This document shows positions 28,910 to 41,300 of a stretch of 64,000 nt of DNA, in pieces. The position numbers were made by a program, and so were the translations under genes. The DNA lies in contig OZ059895.1 of NCBI GenBank assembly GCA_964057225.1, positions 15,996,001 to 16,060,000 of the forward strand, in the 5' to 3' direction. Below the pieces are notes generated by a model that searched no databases, was not told where the DNA came from, and was given only the letters and a program-made list of their open reading frames with translations. This DNA is from Auanema rhodensis. Lineage: Eukaryota > Animalia > Nematoda. The number at the start of each line of letters is the position of its first letter. Position 1 is the stretch's first letter.

Positions 28910-30006
28910 ATGTGATTGTTGTCGGGAGTGTTAAAATGAATATATCAAATATTATGAATATAGAAATTTCTAGAAAGAAATCAGAAGGATATGTGTGTCC
29001 TTGTGAGTGAGAAGATGAACTGATCTGTATGTCTTAGATGATGTCAATGAGCATGTAGGTGGGTTGTGAAGAGGAGAACTCTTGACTGTTAACACGGATA
29101 GGAGACAAATTGCAAACCGTTGAAGAATAGTTGAGAAAAATACGAAGATATCACGGTATTCTATGTACATTTTGAACTCTCCTCAGTGGAAAAAGCTATG
29201 TTTGAATGTGATATGCTGCAGTAAAAAGGCAAATCAAGTCTATTGTGATGTGATTTTCTCACAATTTCTCATATACCAACACCATACTGTGTATAAACTC
29301 TGATGTAGAAAAGGTGCGTACGGAAGTAACATTGTGAATTAATTTTAAAAAACATTTTGAAGAAAACTTTATTTCTAAAACATTTTTTTCTGTATTCGAA
29401 GTGTTTTGCCATCAAACAAAATGTTCACGTCCATCAAAGTTCACGTGTGAATGAAGTGAACCAGTTCACGTTAAAGGTCACGTAGACAAGCAATGCATTG
29501 ATTCTCGATCTGTTACTTTGTTGTAGCAGTAATGCGAATCAAGGAGAAACAACTATTCGAAAATTGTGACTCATCAGCCAACAGCTGTGATATAGTGAGC
29601 ATCACAATACATTCTTCCCTCTGCCTTCTTCCCTTACATCCCTTCAGGTATCTAACTCCTCACCTGCGACTAGTATATTCGTTTTAGTCAGTCAATACAA
29701 GTTCTATTATAACCAACTTGAGTTTCAATAGAATTAGACAAGGCTGCGATTCACTTGTTGTCACATTGCGAATGATTGTCGTCATTAAATTTATTTTTTT
29801 ATTCCACTTTCGTCAGTGGCAAGATTCGTTCTTACTGATTCTGTTTTTACTTCAGTATTTTAGTCAGTTTCATTTTTAAATGTTTATTTTCTTTCATATT
29901 TTTTGCTTTCTTCTTGTATTATATATCGCATATTGCATTTTGGAATAATTTTTGAAATATTCATTCATTTCTTTGTCAGAATTCATCTTTGTCTTCCTCC
30001 GGAAAT

Positions 30007-30563
30007 ATGACGTATATACTAAAAGCCGTTGCTTTAACATTCTTTGTTGTGCACCAAATTGGAGTATCAAATTCAAAAGCTATAAATTCAGGTGAGTTCC
30101 CATCAGGTACATGTGGGATTGATATTTTTTATATTTTTGAGATGAATCTCTCCTATCGCCTGTACAACATGTTAGAAAAGAAAATGGAATTTACATCGCT
30201 GATAAAGATATTCAACTTGGAGATCCAGATGATGTTCCGGATGATGAACCAAAAGTTGAAAAAGTTGCTTGCATTCCTCGTATAAAATAACTATGATTTG
30301 TTTCCTTTCTAAAATCTGAACTTTCAGGCGAAACTACGAAGACAACAGGTGATAATTCTAGTGAAGAAGGCCAAGAATCTAATGGTAAAGCACTAGTTCT
30401 CTTTGAAAAATAGATAAACAGTCAAACATTTTTCTTTTTTTTTCTTTTAGAAACGGAATTGGAGGATGTTACTACAGTTTTTAATGATACAACTGTGTAT
30501 AATGGAACAGATGTGAATGAAGTCATGGAACTTCGTGTATATCGCCCATTATGCGATGATTAA
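30007..30563 (+). CDS. Possible small secreted acidic protein, multi-exon
   Basis: Signal-peptide-like MTYILKAVALTFFVVHQIG and short acidic exon-like blocks bounded by GT/AG; AATAAA near 30633; no recognisable homologue. Confidence 0.35.
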
Positions 30564-30768
30564 CATTGCGAACGAATTTTGTACGGGTTTTTATATGCAT
30601 TTTCAATTGTTATCGATTGTAATAACCTGATAAATAAAGAAGATAAGGTGTTCTCTATTATGCCTGCAACGGTAACATTATAATTGACCCTTCTGATATC
30701 CCCGTCTTGAAAACCCATATGAGATACCAAACAAGGTATGGCCTGTTAGACTCATTGAGTTGACCAAT

Positions 30769-30932
30769 AAACTTACCTGGCTGGGAGCTGCCCGCGATCA
30801 TCAAGGCGGGCTCTCTACGAAGAGGCCTGATCATTGCACTTTTCGATTGGGCTGACCTGTATGGCAATCTCGAGTTGAGATTCGCCAACAGCTAAATTTT
30901 TGCGTTTGGGGATGCGTTCGCGCGTCCCTTAC
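30769..30932 (+). ncRNA. U1: U1 snRNA
   Basis: 5' AAACTTACCTGG, stem-loop I loop GATCATCAAG, U1A-binding loop ATTGCAC, Sm site AATTTTTG, terminal GGGGATGCG-TTCG-CGCGTCCC hairpin; 3' end +/-2 nt. Confidence 0.95.
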
Positions 30933-31171
30933 AATCTCGAATATTAATTTCATGCTTGGTAATCAGAATATCGTGAGAGTTTCACGTGAAATCCACGTAC
31001 ATCCACACGCTCACTTCATTTTTGAATTATAATAGCACTTGACCGGTTGTTCTTCATGTTATAAAATTACTTCTATACTACAATTTTTCTTTTCAGGAAA
31101 TTGTGATCATTGAAGCCAAGGGAGAGACTTAGAATCGTAACGTTGGTATTCTGATAACGTGTAGTCTCATA

Positions 31172-31243
31172 TCCTCGGTAGTATAGTGGTGAGTATCCGC
31201 GTCTGTCACATGCGAGACCCGGGTTCAATTCCCGGCCGGGGAG
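31172..31243 (+). tRNA. trnD-GTC: tRNA-Asp(GTC)
   Basis: 72-nt cloverleaf TCCTCGGTAGTATAGTGG...CTGTCAC...GGTTCAATTCC...GGGGAG; TTTT terminator follows. Confidence 0.97.
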
Positions 31244-31495
31244 AATGTTTTACACCTGTTCAGTATGTTTTCTTCCAGGTAATGCCCTGAGGGTTAAATT
31301 ATCCGTAAATGTATTGTTTCATTGGCTAAATAGTTGTGAACGGGATGGTCGCCAATACTTTCGGGTTCTTCCCGCTTGAGTTGCAATTAAAACCTGATCG
31401 AATGTTTTTCCTCAAGATTCAGAAATTGAATAAAGTGAAACCCATATGAGATACCAAACAAGGTATGGCCTGTTAGACTCATTGAGTTGACCATT

Positions 31496-31659
31496 AAACT
31501 TACCTGGCTGGGAGCTGCCCGCGATCATCAAGGCGGGCTCTCTACGAAGAGGCCTGATCATTGCACTTTTCGATTGGGCTGACCTGTATGGCAATCTCGA
31601 GTTGAGATTCGCCAACAGCTAAATTTTTGCGTTTGGGGATGCGTTCGCGCGTCCCTTAC
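31496..31659 (+). ncRNA. U1: U1 snRNA
   Basis: Copy of 30769 unit. Confidence 0.95.
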
Positions 31660-31898
31660 AATCTCGAATATTAATTTCATGCTTGGTAATCAGAATATCG
31701 TGAGAGTTTCACGTGAAATCCACGTACATCCACACGCTCACTTCATTTTTGAATTATAATAGCACTTGACCGGTTGTTCTTCATGTTATAAAATTACTTC
31801 TATACTACAATTTTTCTTTTCAGGAAATTGTGATCATTGAAGCCAAGGGAGAGACTTAGAATCGTAACGTTGGTATTCTGATAACGTGTAGTCTCATA

Positions 31899-31970
31899 TC
31901 CTCGGTAGTATAGTGGTGAGTATCCGCGTCTGTCACATGCGAGACCCGGGTTCAATTCCCGGCCGGGGAG
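31899..31970 (+). tRNA. trnD-GTC: tRNA-Asp(GTC)
   Basis: Copy of 31172. Confidence 0.97.
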
Positions 31971-32222
31971 AATGTTTTACACCTGTTCAGTATGTTTTCT
32001 TCCAGGTAATGCCCTGAGGGTTAAATTATCCGTAAATGTATTGTTTCATTGGCTAAATAGTTGTGAACGGGATGGTCGCCAATACTTTCGGGTTCTTCCC
32101 GCTTGAGTTGCAATTAAAACCTGATCGAATGTTTTTCCTCAAGATTCAGAAATTGAATAAAGTGAAACCCATATGAGATACCAAACAAGGTATGGCCTGT
32201 TAGACTCATTGAGTTGACCAAT

Positions 32223-32386
32223 AAACTTACCTGGCTGGGAGCTGCCCGCGATCATCAAGGCGGGCTCTCTACGAAGAGGCCTGATCATTGCACTTTTCGA
32301 TTGGGCTGACCTGTATGGCAATCTCGAGTTGAGATTCGCCAACAGCTAAATTTTTGCGTTTGGGGATGCGTTCGCGCGTCCCTTAC
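32223..32386 (+). ncRNA. U1: U1 snRNA
   Basis: Copy of 30769 unit. Confidence 0.95.
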
Positions 32387-32625
32387 AATCTCGAATATTA
32401 ATTTCATGCTTGGTAATCAGAATATCGTGAGAGTTTCACGTGAAATCCACGTACATCCACACGCTCACTTCATTTTTGAATTATAATAGCACTTGACCGG
32501 TTGTTCTTCATGTTATAAAATTACTTCTATACTACAATTTTTCTTTTCAGGAAATTGTGATCATTGAAGCCAAGGGAGAGACTTAGAATCGTAACGTTGG
32601 TATTCTGATAACGTGTAGTCTCATA

Positions 32626-32697
32626 TCCTCGGTAGTATAGTGGTGAGTATCCGCTTCTGTCACATGCGAGACCCGTGTTCAATTCCCGGCCGGGGAG
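32626..32697 (+). tRNA. trnD-GTC: tRNA-Asp(GTC) variant with anticodon-stem and T-stem mismatches
   Basis: CGCGT>CGCTT and CCGGG>CCGTG. Confidence 0.85.
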
Positions 32698-32949
32698 AAT
32701 GTTTTACACCTGTTCAGTATGTTTTCTTCCAGGTAATGCCCTGAGGGTTAAATTATCCGTAAATGTATTGTTTCATTGGCTAAATAGTTGTGAAGGGGAT
32801 GGTCGCCAATACTTTCGGGTTCTTCCCGCTTGAGTTGCAATTAAAACCTGATCGAATGTTTTTCCTCAAGATTCAGAAATTGAATAAAGTGAAACCCATA
32901 TGAGATACCAAACAAGGTATGGCCTGTTAGACTCATTGAGTTGACCATT

Positions 32950-33113
32950 AAACTTACCTGGCTGGGAGCTGCCCGCGATCATCAAGGCGGGCTCTCTACG
33001 AAGAGGCCTGATCATTGCACTTTTCGATTGGGCTGACCTGTATGGCAATCTCGAGTTGAGATTCGCCAACAGCTAAATTTTTGCGTTTGGGGATGCGTTC
33101 GCGCGTCCCTTAC
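32950..33113 (+). ncRNA. U1: U1 snRNA
   Basis: Copy of 30769 unit. Confidence 0.95.
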
Positions 33114-33352
33114 AATCTCGAATATTAATTTCATGCTTGGTAATCAGAATATCGTGAGAGTTTCACGTGAAATCCACGTACATCCACACGCTCACTTCAT
33201 TTTTGAATTATAATAGCACTTGACCGGTTGTTCTTCATGTTATAAAATTACTTCTATACTACAATTTTTCTTTTCAGGAAATTGTGATCATTGAAGCCAA
33301 GGGAGAGACTTAGAATCGTAACGTTGGTATTCTGATAACGTGTAGTCTCATA

Positions 33353-33424
33353 TCCTCGGTAGTATAGTGGTGAGTATCCGCTTCTGTCACATGCGAGACC
33401 CGTGTTCAATTCCCGGCCGGGGAG
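33353..33424 (+). tRNA. trnD-GTC: tRNA-Asp(GTC) variant with anticodon-stem and T-stem mismatches
   Basis: Same two substitutions as 32626. Confidence 0.85.
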
Positions 33425-33676
33425 AATGTTTTACACCTGTTCAGTATGTTTTCTTCCAGGTAATGCCCTGAGGGTTAAATTATCCGTAAATGTATTGTTT
33501 CATTGGCTAAATAGTTGTGAAGGGGATGGTCGCCAATACTTTCGGGTTCTTCCCGCTTGAGTTGCAATTAAAACCTGATCGAATGTTTTTCCTCAAGATT
33601 CAGAAATTGAATAAAGTGAAACCCATATGAGATACCAAACAAGGTATGGCCTGTTAGACTCATTGAGTTGACCATT

Positions 33677-33840
33677 AAACTTACCTGGCTGGGAGCTGCC
33701 CGCGATCATCAAGGCGGGCTCTCTACGAAGAGGCCTGATCATTGCACTTTTCGATTGGGCTGACCTGTATGGCAATCTCGAGTTGAGATTCGCCAACAGC
33801 TAAATTTTTGCGTTTGGGGATGCGTTCGCGCGTCCCTTAC
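33677..33840 (+). ncRNA. U1: U1 snRNA
   Basis: Copy of 30769 unit. Confidence 0.95.
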
Positions 33841-34079
33841 AATCTCGAATATTAATTTCATGCTTGGTAATCAGAATATCGTGAGAGTTTCACGTGAAAT
33901 CCACGTACATCCACACGCTCACTTCATTTTTGAATTATAATAGCACTTGACCGGTTGTTCTTCATGTTATAAAATTACTTCTATACTACAATTTTTCTTT
34001 TCAGGAAATTGTGATCATTGAAGCCAAGGGAGAGACTTAGAATCGTAACGTTGGTATTCTGATAACGTGTAGTCTCATA

Positions 34080-34151
34080 TCCTCGGTAGTATAGTGGTGA
34101 GTATCCGCGTCTGTCACATGCGAGACCCGGGTTCAATTCCCGGCCGGGGAG
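34080..34151 (+). tRNA. trnD-GTC: tRNA-Asp(GTC)
   Basis: Copy of 31172. Confidence 0.97.
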
Positions 34152-34403
34152 AATGTTTTACACCTGTTCAGTATGTTTTCTTCCAGGTAATGCCCTGAGG
34201 GTTAAATTATCCGTAAATGTATTGTTTCATTGGCTAAATAGTTGTGAACGGGATGGTCGCCAATACTTTCGGATTCTTCCCGCTTGAGTTGCAATTAAAA
34301 CCTGATCGAATGTTTTTCCTCAAGATTCAGAAATTGAATAAAGTGAAACCCATATGAGATACCAAACAAGGTATGGCCTGTTAGACTCATTGAGTTGACC
34401 AAT

Positions 34404-34567
34404 AAACTTACCTGGCTGGGAGCTGCCCGCGATCATCAAGGCGGGCTCTCTACGAAGAGGCCTGATCATTGCACTTTTCGATTGGGCTGACCTGTATGGC
34501 AATCTCGAGTTGAGATTCGCCAACAGCTAAATTTTTGCGTTTGGGGATGCGTTCGCGCGTCCCTTAC
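34404..34567 (+). ncRNA. U1: U1 snRNA
   Basis: Copy of 30769 unit. Confidence 0.95.
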
Positions 34568-34806
34568 AATCTCGAATATTAATTTCATGCTTGGTAATCA
34601 GAATATCGTGAGAGTTTCACGTGAAATCCACGTACATCCACACGCTCACTTCATTTTTGAATTATAATAGCACTTGACCGGTTGTTCTTCATGTTATAAA
34701 ATTACTTCTATACTACAATTTTTCTTTTCAGGAAATTGTGATCATTGAAGCCAAGGGAGAGACTTAGAATCGTAACGTTGGTATTCTGATAACGTGTAGT
34801 CTCATA

Positions 34807-34878
34807 TCCTCGGTAGTATAGTGGTGAGTATCCGCGTCTGTCACATGCGAGACCCGGGTTCAATTCCCGGCCGGGGAG
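34807..34878 (+). tRNA. trnD-GTC: tRNA-Asp(GTC)
   Basis: Copy of 31172. Confidence 0.97.
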
Positions 34879-35130
34879 AATGTTTTACACCTGTTCAGTA
34901 TGTTTTCTTCCAGGTAATGCCCTGAGGGTTAAATTATCCGTAAATGTATTGTTTCATTGGCTAAATAGTTGTGAACGGGATGGTCGCCAATACTTTCGGG
35001 TTCTTCCCGCTTGAGTTGCAATTAAAACCTGATCGTATGTTTTTCCTCAAGATTCAGAAATTGAATAAAGTGAAACCCATATGAGATACCAAATAAGGTA
35101 TGGCCTGTTAGACTCATTGAGTTGACCATT

Positions 35131-35294
35131 AAACTTACCTGGCTGGGAGCTGCCCGCGATCATCAAGGCGGGCTCTCTACGAAGAGGCCTGATCATTGCA
35201 CTTTTCGATTGGGCTGACCTGTATGGCAATCTCGAGTTGAGATTCGCCAACAGCTAAATTTTTGCGTTTGGGGATGCGTTCGCGCGTCCCTTAC
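35131..35294 (+). ncRNA. U1: U1 snRNA
   Basis: Copy of 30769 unit. Confidence 0.95.
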
Positions 35295-35533
35295 AATCTG
35301 AAGTATAAATTTCATGCTTGGTAATCAGAATATCGTGAGAGTTTCACGTGAAATCCACGTACATCCACACGCTCACTTCATTTTTGAATTATAATAGCAC
35401 TTGACCGGTTGTTCTTCATGTTATAAAATTACTTCTATACTACAATTTTTCTTTTCAGGAAATTGTGATCATTGAAGCCAAGGGAGAGACTTAGAATCGT
35501 AACGTTGGTATTCTGATAACGTGTAGTCTCATA

Positions 35534-35605
35534 TCCTCGGTAGTATAGTGGTGAGTATCCGCGTCTGTCACATGCGAGACCCGGGTTCAATTCCCGGCCG
35601 GGGAG
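35534..35605 (+). tRNA. trnD-GTC: tRNA-Asp(GTC)
   Basis: Copy of 31172. Confidence 0.97.
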
Positions 35606-35857
35606 AATGTTTTACACCTGTTCAGTATGTTTTCTTCCAGGTAATGCCCTGAGGGTTAAATTATCCGTAAATGTATTGTTTCATTGGCTAAATAGTTGTG
35701 AACGGGATGGTCGCCAATACTTTCGGGTTCTTCCCGCTTGAGTTGCAATTAAAACCTGATCGAATGTTTTTCCTCAAGATTCAGAAATTGAATAAAGTGA
35801 AACCCATATGAGATACCAAACAAGGTATGGCCTGTTAGACTCATTGAGTTGACCAAT

Positions 35858-36021
35858 AAACTTACCTGGCTGGGAGCTGCCCGCGATCATCAAGGCGGGC
35901 TCTCTACGAAGAGGCCTGATCATTGCACTTTTCGATTGGGCTGACCTGTATGGCAATCTCGAGTTGAGATTCGCCAACAGCTAAATTTTTGCGTTTGGGG
36001 ATGCGTTCGCGCGTCCCTTAC
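35858..36021 (+). ncRNA. U1: U1 snRNA
   Basis: Copy of 30769 unit. Confidence 0.95.
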
Positions 36022-36260
36022 AATCTCGAATATTAATTTCATGCTTGTTAATCAGAATATCGTGAGAGTTTCACGTGAAATCCACGTACATCCACACGCT
36101 CACTTCATTTTTGAATTATAATAGCACTTGACCGGTTGTTCTTCATGTTATAAAATTACTTCTATACTACAATTTTTCTTTTCAGGAAATTGTGATCATT
36201 GAAGCCAAGGGAGAGACTTAGAATCGTAACGTTGGTATTCTGATAACGTGTAGTCTCATA

Positions 36261-36332
36261 TCCTCGGTAGTATAGTGGTGAGTATCCGCGTCTGTCACAT
36301 GCGAGACCCGGGTTCAATTCCCGGCCGGGGAG
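36261..36332 (+). tRNA. trnD-GTC: tRNA-Asp(GTC)
   Basis: Copy of 31172. Confidence 0.97.
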
Positions 36333-36584
36333 AATGTTTTACACCTGTTCAGTATGTTTTCTTCCAGGTAATGCCCTGAGGGTTAAATTATCCGTAAATG
36401 TATTGTTTCATTGGCTAAATAGTTGTGAACGGGATGGTCGCCAATACTTTCGGGTTCTTCCCGCTTGAGTTGCAATTAAAACCTGATCGTATGTTTTTCC
36501 TCAAGATTCAGAAATTGAATAAAGTGAAACCCATATGAGATACCAAATAAGGTATGGCCTGTTAGACTCATTGAGTTGACCATT

Positions 36585-36748
36585 AAACTTACCTGGCTGG
36601 GAGCTGCCCGCGATCATCAAGGCGGGCTCTCTACGAAGAGGCCTGATCATTGCACTTTTCGATTGGGCTGACCTGTATGGCAATCTCGAGTTGAGATTCG
36701 CCAACAGCTAAATTTTTGCGTTTGGGGATGCGTTCGCGCGTCCCTTAC
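36585..36748 (+). ncRNA. U1: U1 snRNA
   Basis: Copy of 30769 unit. Confidence 0.95.
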
Positions 36749-36987
36749 AATCTGAAGTATAAATTTCATGCTTGGTAATCAGAATATCGTGAGAGTTTCA
36801 CGTGAAATCCACGTACATCCACACGCTCACTTCATTTTTGAATTATAATAGCACTTGACCGGTTGTTCTTCATGTTATAAAATTACTTCTATACTACAAT
36901 TTTTCTTTTCAGGAAATTGTGATCATTGAAGCCAAGGGAGAGACTTAGAATCGTAACGTTGGTATTCTGATAACGTGTAGTCTCATA

Positions 36988-37059
36988 TCCTCGGTAGTAT
37001 AGTGGTGAGTATCCGCGTCTGTCACATGCGAGACCCGGGTTCAATTCCCGGCCGGGGAG
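36988..37059 (+). tRNA. trnD-GTC: tRNA-Asp(GTC)
   Basis: Copy of 31172. Confidence 0.97.
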
Positions 37060-37282
37060 AATGTTTTACACCTGTTCAGTATGTTTTCTTCCAGGTAATG
37101 CCCTGAGGGTTAAATTATCCGTAAATGTATTGTTTCATTGGCTAAATAGTTGTGAACGGGATGGTCGCCAGTACTTTCGGGTTCTTCCCGCTTGAGTTGC
37201 AATTAAAACCTGATCGAATGTTTTTCCTCAAGATTCAGAAATTGAATAAAGTGAAACCCATATGAGATACCAAACAAGGTAT

Positions 37283-37648
37283 CGTTCCATTATGCTCCTA
37301 CGTATATTGAACAGACCATTGTAGTCTGCTCAACTACGCGTATAGTATTCCATAAGTGTAGCGGTATGGAAACAGAGCATAAGGATTACATAAGATAAGG
37401 AAATATATAGGTTTATTATACACAATACAATATCATTACAATACAATAACACAAGGATAAAGTAAACTACATTTACAAGACAAAGACTAATATATAAGAT
37501 TAACTAAGTTAGATGCAAACCGTCCATGGGCTTGCAAAGGGGCGAACTCCCGAATAGGGGCATGAGGGAAGGCGGTGCCATTCCTCATTCCTCTAGTCGG
37601 TCTGGCTCTAACCCTGCAGTTACATATATAGAGTCTCCGAATGGAACG
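37283..37648 (-). repeat. 3' LTR of the Gypsy element
   Basis: CGTTCCAT...ATGGAACG; no differences from 48996-49361 seen by eye; sense-strand AATAAA at 37412-37417. Confidence 0.95.
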
Positions 37649-37650
37649 TG

Positions 37651-37659
37651 CCCTTTTTC
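37651..37659 (-). promoter_or_regulatory. Polypurine tract
   Basis: GAAAAAGGG on the element sense strand, 2 nt (CA) before the 3' LTR. Confidence 0.75.
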
Positions 37660-38347
37660 AAAGATTGTCGCGACCTCGCGATATTTTAAACAAAAATTTG
37701 GGCTTATATGTAACTGAGTTTTAGAGTTCAATTGTTTTAGCTTCACAATAACTATAGTATGATAGAGTTTTAGTTAGTATACAAACAAAATTACAATAAT
37801 TTATAAGAAGGGTTCAATATAATATGAAGTGACGATGAATTAGAATATTATTAATTTCATAAATTAATTATCTTAATATTCAAGCATTTCCTAATAGAGA
37901 TTGTAGAATAAGGGGCTAGTAATGAATGGGAATATGTTATTATTTTGACTAATGGTCTCAAGAAGTACTCATTTCTAAATTGAACCGAGATTATGATTTA
38001 ATAATGTGTCTCCATATGTCTCCCAGAGTGAATCCTTGATTACTAATGGAGACTACCACTTAAGATGAAATTGTGGTTGATACGCCTACCAGTGTTTATC
38101 TCATCTTATTTGGAGAGGCACATGGAGCTCGGATGGTTGTCAAAATGTCCTCTAGTCCGCATAGGATTACGGTAACTTGGAACCATTAGTCATAACATCT
38201 CCTCGTTTAGAATTTGCCTTATTTTTCCTTTCTCAATCTCTATTAAATGCTATTTTTATTTTGAATGTTATTTAGCATTAATTTTTTTTTTTCTAATTCA
38301 TCGTTATTTTGTTACAATAATTTAAATAACGTAGCATTATCTTGTTG

Positions 38348-41300
38348 TTATTCTTCTTCATTCCTCGGAAGCCATATTTCGTCTTCATTTTCATCTTCTG
38401 GCTCTGTATCTATGCTATCCTTGTTGTTCCTGTTGATCACTTCTATTATTTCGATGTCGCTATCTTCTTCTGCTTGACTTTCTCGAAACCTTGCGCGAGT
38501 GTTGTAAGAGATGTTTTGTGAAGCAGGAGAGAAGATTTTCAAGTTATCTTTGTGGATATCTTGTAGTTTTCCTGATGAATTTCTGATTTGAACTTTTGAT
38601 CCTTCTACGTTGATGACTTCGTATGGTCCATCATAGCTTTTCCGAAGCTTTTGGCCGATTTGGTGTGATTTTATAGTCGTCATCACCATGTCGCCCGGTT
38701 GAATGTCTCTATGGTGTGCTCTTTGCGTTCTATCTTTCTTCTTTTTCGCATTTTCTTGATTTTTAGCTATGCGGTTCTTTATTATTTCGTCTCTCTTGTC
38801 CATATCTGGTCTTCTTTGGAGTAATTCTTCAGAAATTTCTTGAATTTTGGTGATCGTTTCTGGTAATTCAGCGTCCATTGACATTCTGCATTCTTTACCG
38901 AATAATGCAATGTATGGCGCAATCCCTGTAGTCGCGTGCTGAATATTGTTAATAGCAAAAGTGATTTTTGGTAATACAGTATCCCAGTCACTAAGGTCCT
39001 CTTTTAAGTAGTGGGTTAATCCTTCTTCGAGGGTTCTATGAAGTCTTTCCACTTGTCCATTTGAGTTCTTTTGGTGTGGTAGTGTTGGTTCATGTTTGAT
39101 TCCAAGTTTAGTACACATTTCTTCGAACTTTTTGGATACAAAGTTCGAACCTCTATCGGTGATCAAGCGATGTGGTGGTCCAAAAATGTAAACGAAATGT
39201 CTTAGAAATCGGTCAATTGTGATTTCCGTTGTTATTTGTGGTACAGCAATTGTTGTTGACCATTTTGTAAATGCGTCTTGCATGGTAATGACGTAGGTAC
39301 AGTTTCTTTTTGAAGGGGGAAATGGTCCCATTACGTCCATGTGGACTCGTTCAAATGGCTTGCTTGGTATCTCAAAATGACCTATTGGTTGTACCGTCAT
39401 GGAATGTGGATCTTTTTTTCTTTGAGCACATTTAATGCAGTTCTTGATGAATATAGTAATGTCGTTCTGCATATTTGTCCAATAGAATCTTCTTAGAATT
39501 GCTTCTTTTGTTTTAATAATTCCTTGATGTGCTGCAATTGTAGGATCCTCATGAAAAACTTTGATTATTTCCTCAATTATGGGGTGTTCTTGTGGTATTA
39601 CGATAGCGGGTTGTGGCTTTTTGTCTGTTGGTTTTGTATAGAGCAAGTCATTTATGACACAATATCTGTCATTAGCTGTCATGTTCTTTTGTGCTCTATA
39701 TTCAATCTCCGCTATCGTCCGTTTAATCCAAGGGGTGTTTAGTTGAATTTCCTTTATTGTTGGTGTATTTATGGCGTTAATGTGAATTTCTTCCATTTTC
39801 GTCTTCTTTGTTTCCGGCTTAGCATCGTTAGCTTCTTCACCTATATATCGAGATAGAGCATCGCATACTTTATTTAATTGGCCTGCGCGATATTTTATTT
39901 CAATATCATATTCTTGGATGACCAGCTGGAACTTCGCAAGACGACCAAATAAGTCTCTGCGTGTCATTAAGCTGGTAAGGGGTCGATGGTCCGTAATACA
40001 TATAGTATGAGTTCCAAGAATGTATGTACGGAATTGATTTAATGCATATACAAGGCCTAATGCTTCTATCTCGATTGGTGCGTAGTTACGTTCGGCTTTA
40101 ACTAGTTTTCTGCTTGCAAATGCGATAGGGTGTAGATTTTTCAGAGGTTGTTTTGGATCTTCCGGTTGTAATAATACAGCACCTATGGCGATGTTACTAC
40201 CGTCGCTTTCAACTATAAACAAGCGGTCCGATTTAGGTGGGCTTAAAACGGGTGCCTGTATTAAACTTCTTTTAAGGAGGTCTAAAGCTTCTTTATGTTT
40301 GTTTTCCCATTTGAATTCAGTATCTGCCTTTGTCAGATCGTATAAAGGGCTTGCGATACGTGCAAAATCTTTCATGAATTTGCGAAAGAATCCAACCATT
40401 CCCAAGAATGCTCGTACACCTGTTGCATTCTTTGGTGCCGGATAATCTTGTATGGCGGCGACTTTTTGAGGGTCAGGTTTTATACCTTGACATCCTACAA
40501 TAAGTCCTAGAAATTTCACTTCTGGTTGAGCAAAAGCGCATTTCTTAAGCTTTATCTTCATTCCCAATTCTTCTACTGCTTGCAGTAAATCATCGATATC
40601 TTTGAGATGTTGTTCTCTTGTATCAGATATAACTAATAGATCGTCCAAATAAACAAATAGTTTACAAGAACATTTACTTTGCAAATACCTTACTGCTGTT
40701 TGAAAGGTATGAGGGGCTCCACAAAGGCCCATCGGCATCCGTTTGTACTGGTATGTGCCGGATGTGGTCGTAAATGCTGTTAGTGGTCGATCTGATTTTC
40801 TCAAGGATATTTGAAAAAATCCTGACACTAAATCGAAGTTTGAGAAAAATTGGGCGCCTGCTGCCAAATCAACTATGTCAGAAATGCTTGGAATGACATA
40901 AGTTTGCTTGCGTGTGACATTATTTAAAGCTCGAAAATCTGTCACAAACCTATACGTGTCATCTTTCTTCTTAACTAGTACTACAGGGCTATTAAATAGA
41001 GATGTAGAAGGCTCTATTATGCCTTGCTCAAGCATTTCTTTGACTTGTTTTTCAATTTCTTCCTGTTTTCCTAAGGGAATACGTGTTATTCTCGGCTTTG
41101 GCATATCCATATCTGTTCTCAATGGTATGGTATGCTCTATAGGACCTTTAAATAAGCCTATTTTCCTGTCCTCGTTAAGAAATGCCTCACGATGGCTTTC
41201 AATTATTTTTGTAAGCTCATGTTTTTCTTCTTTCGTGAGATCAGCATTCTCTAGATCAAGATCTTTTATGAAGTCTCTTGGAAAATATGGTAGTTTACTC

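Larger units (their letters stand above)
30711..37282 (+). repeat. 727-bp U1 snRNA + tRNA-Asp tandem array, segment 1 (9 units)
   Basis: Exact 727-bp periodicity with near-identical units. Confidence 0.97.

Noticed and set aside
31091-31283. Splice-like signals in each unit (TTTTCAG, CCAGGTAATG complementary to the U1 5' end) as repeated coding exons
   Set aside because: The candidate mini-exons are very short or hit stops, and such motifs are expected by chance in AT-rich DNA
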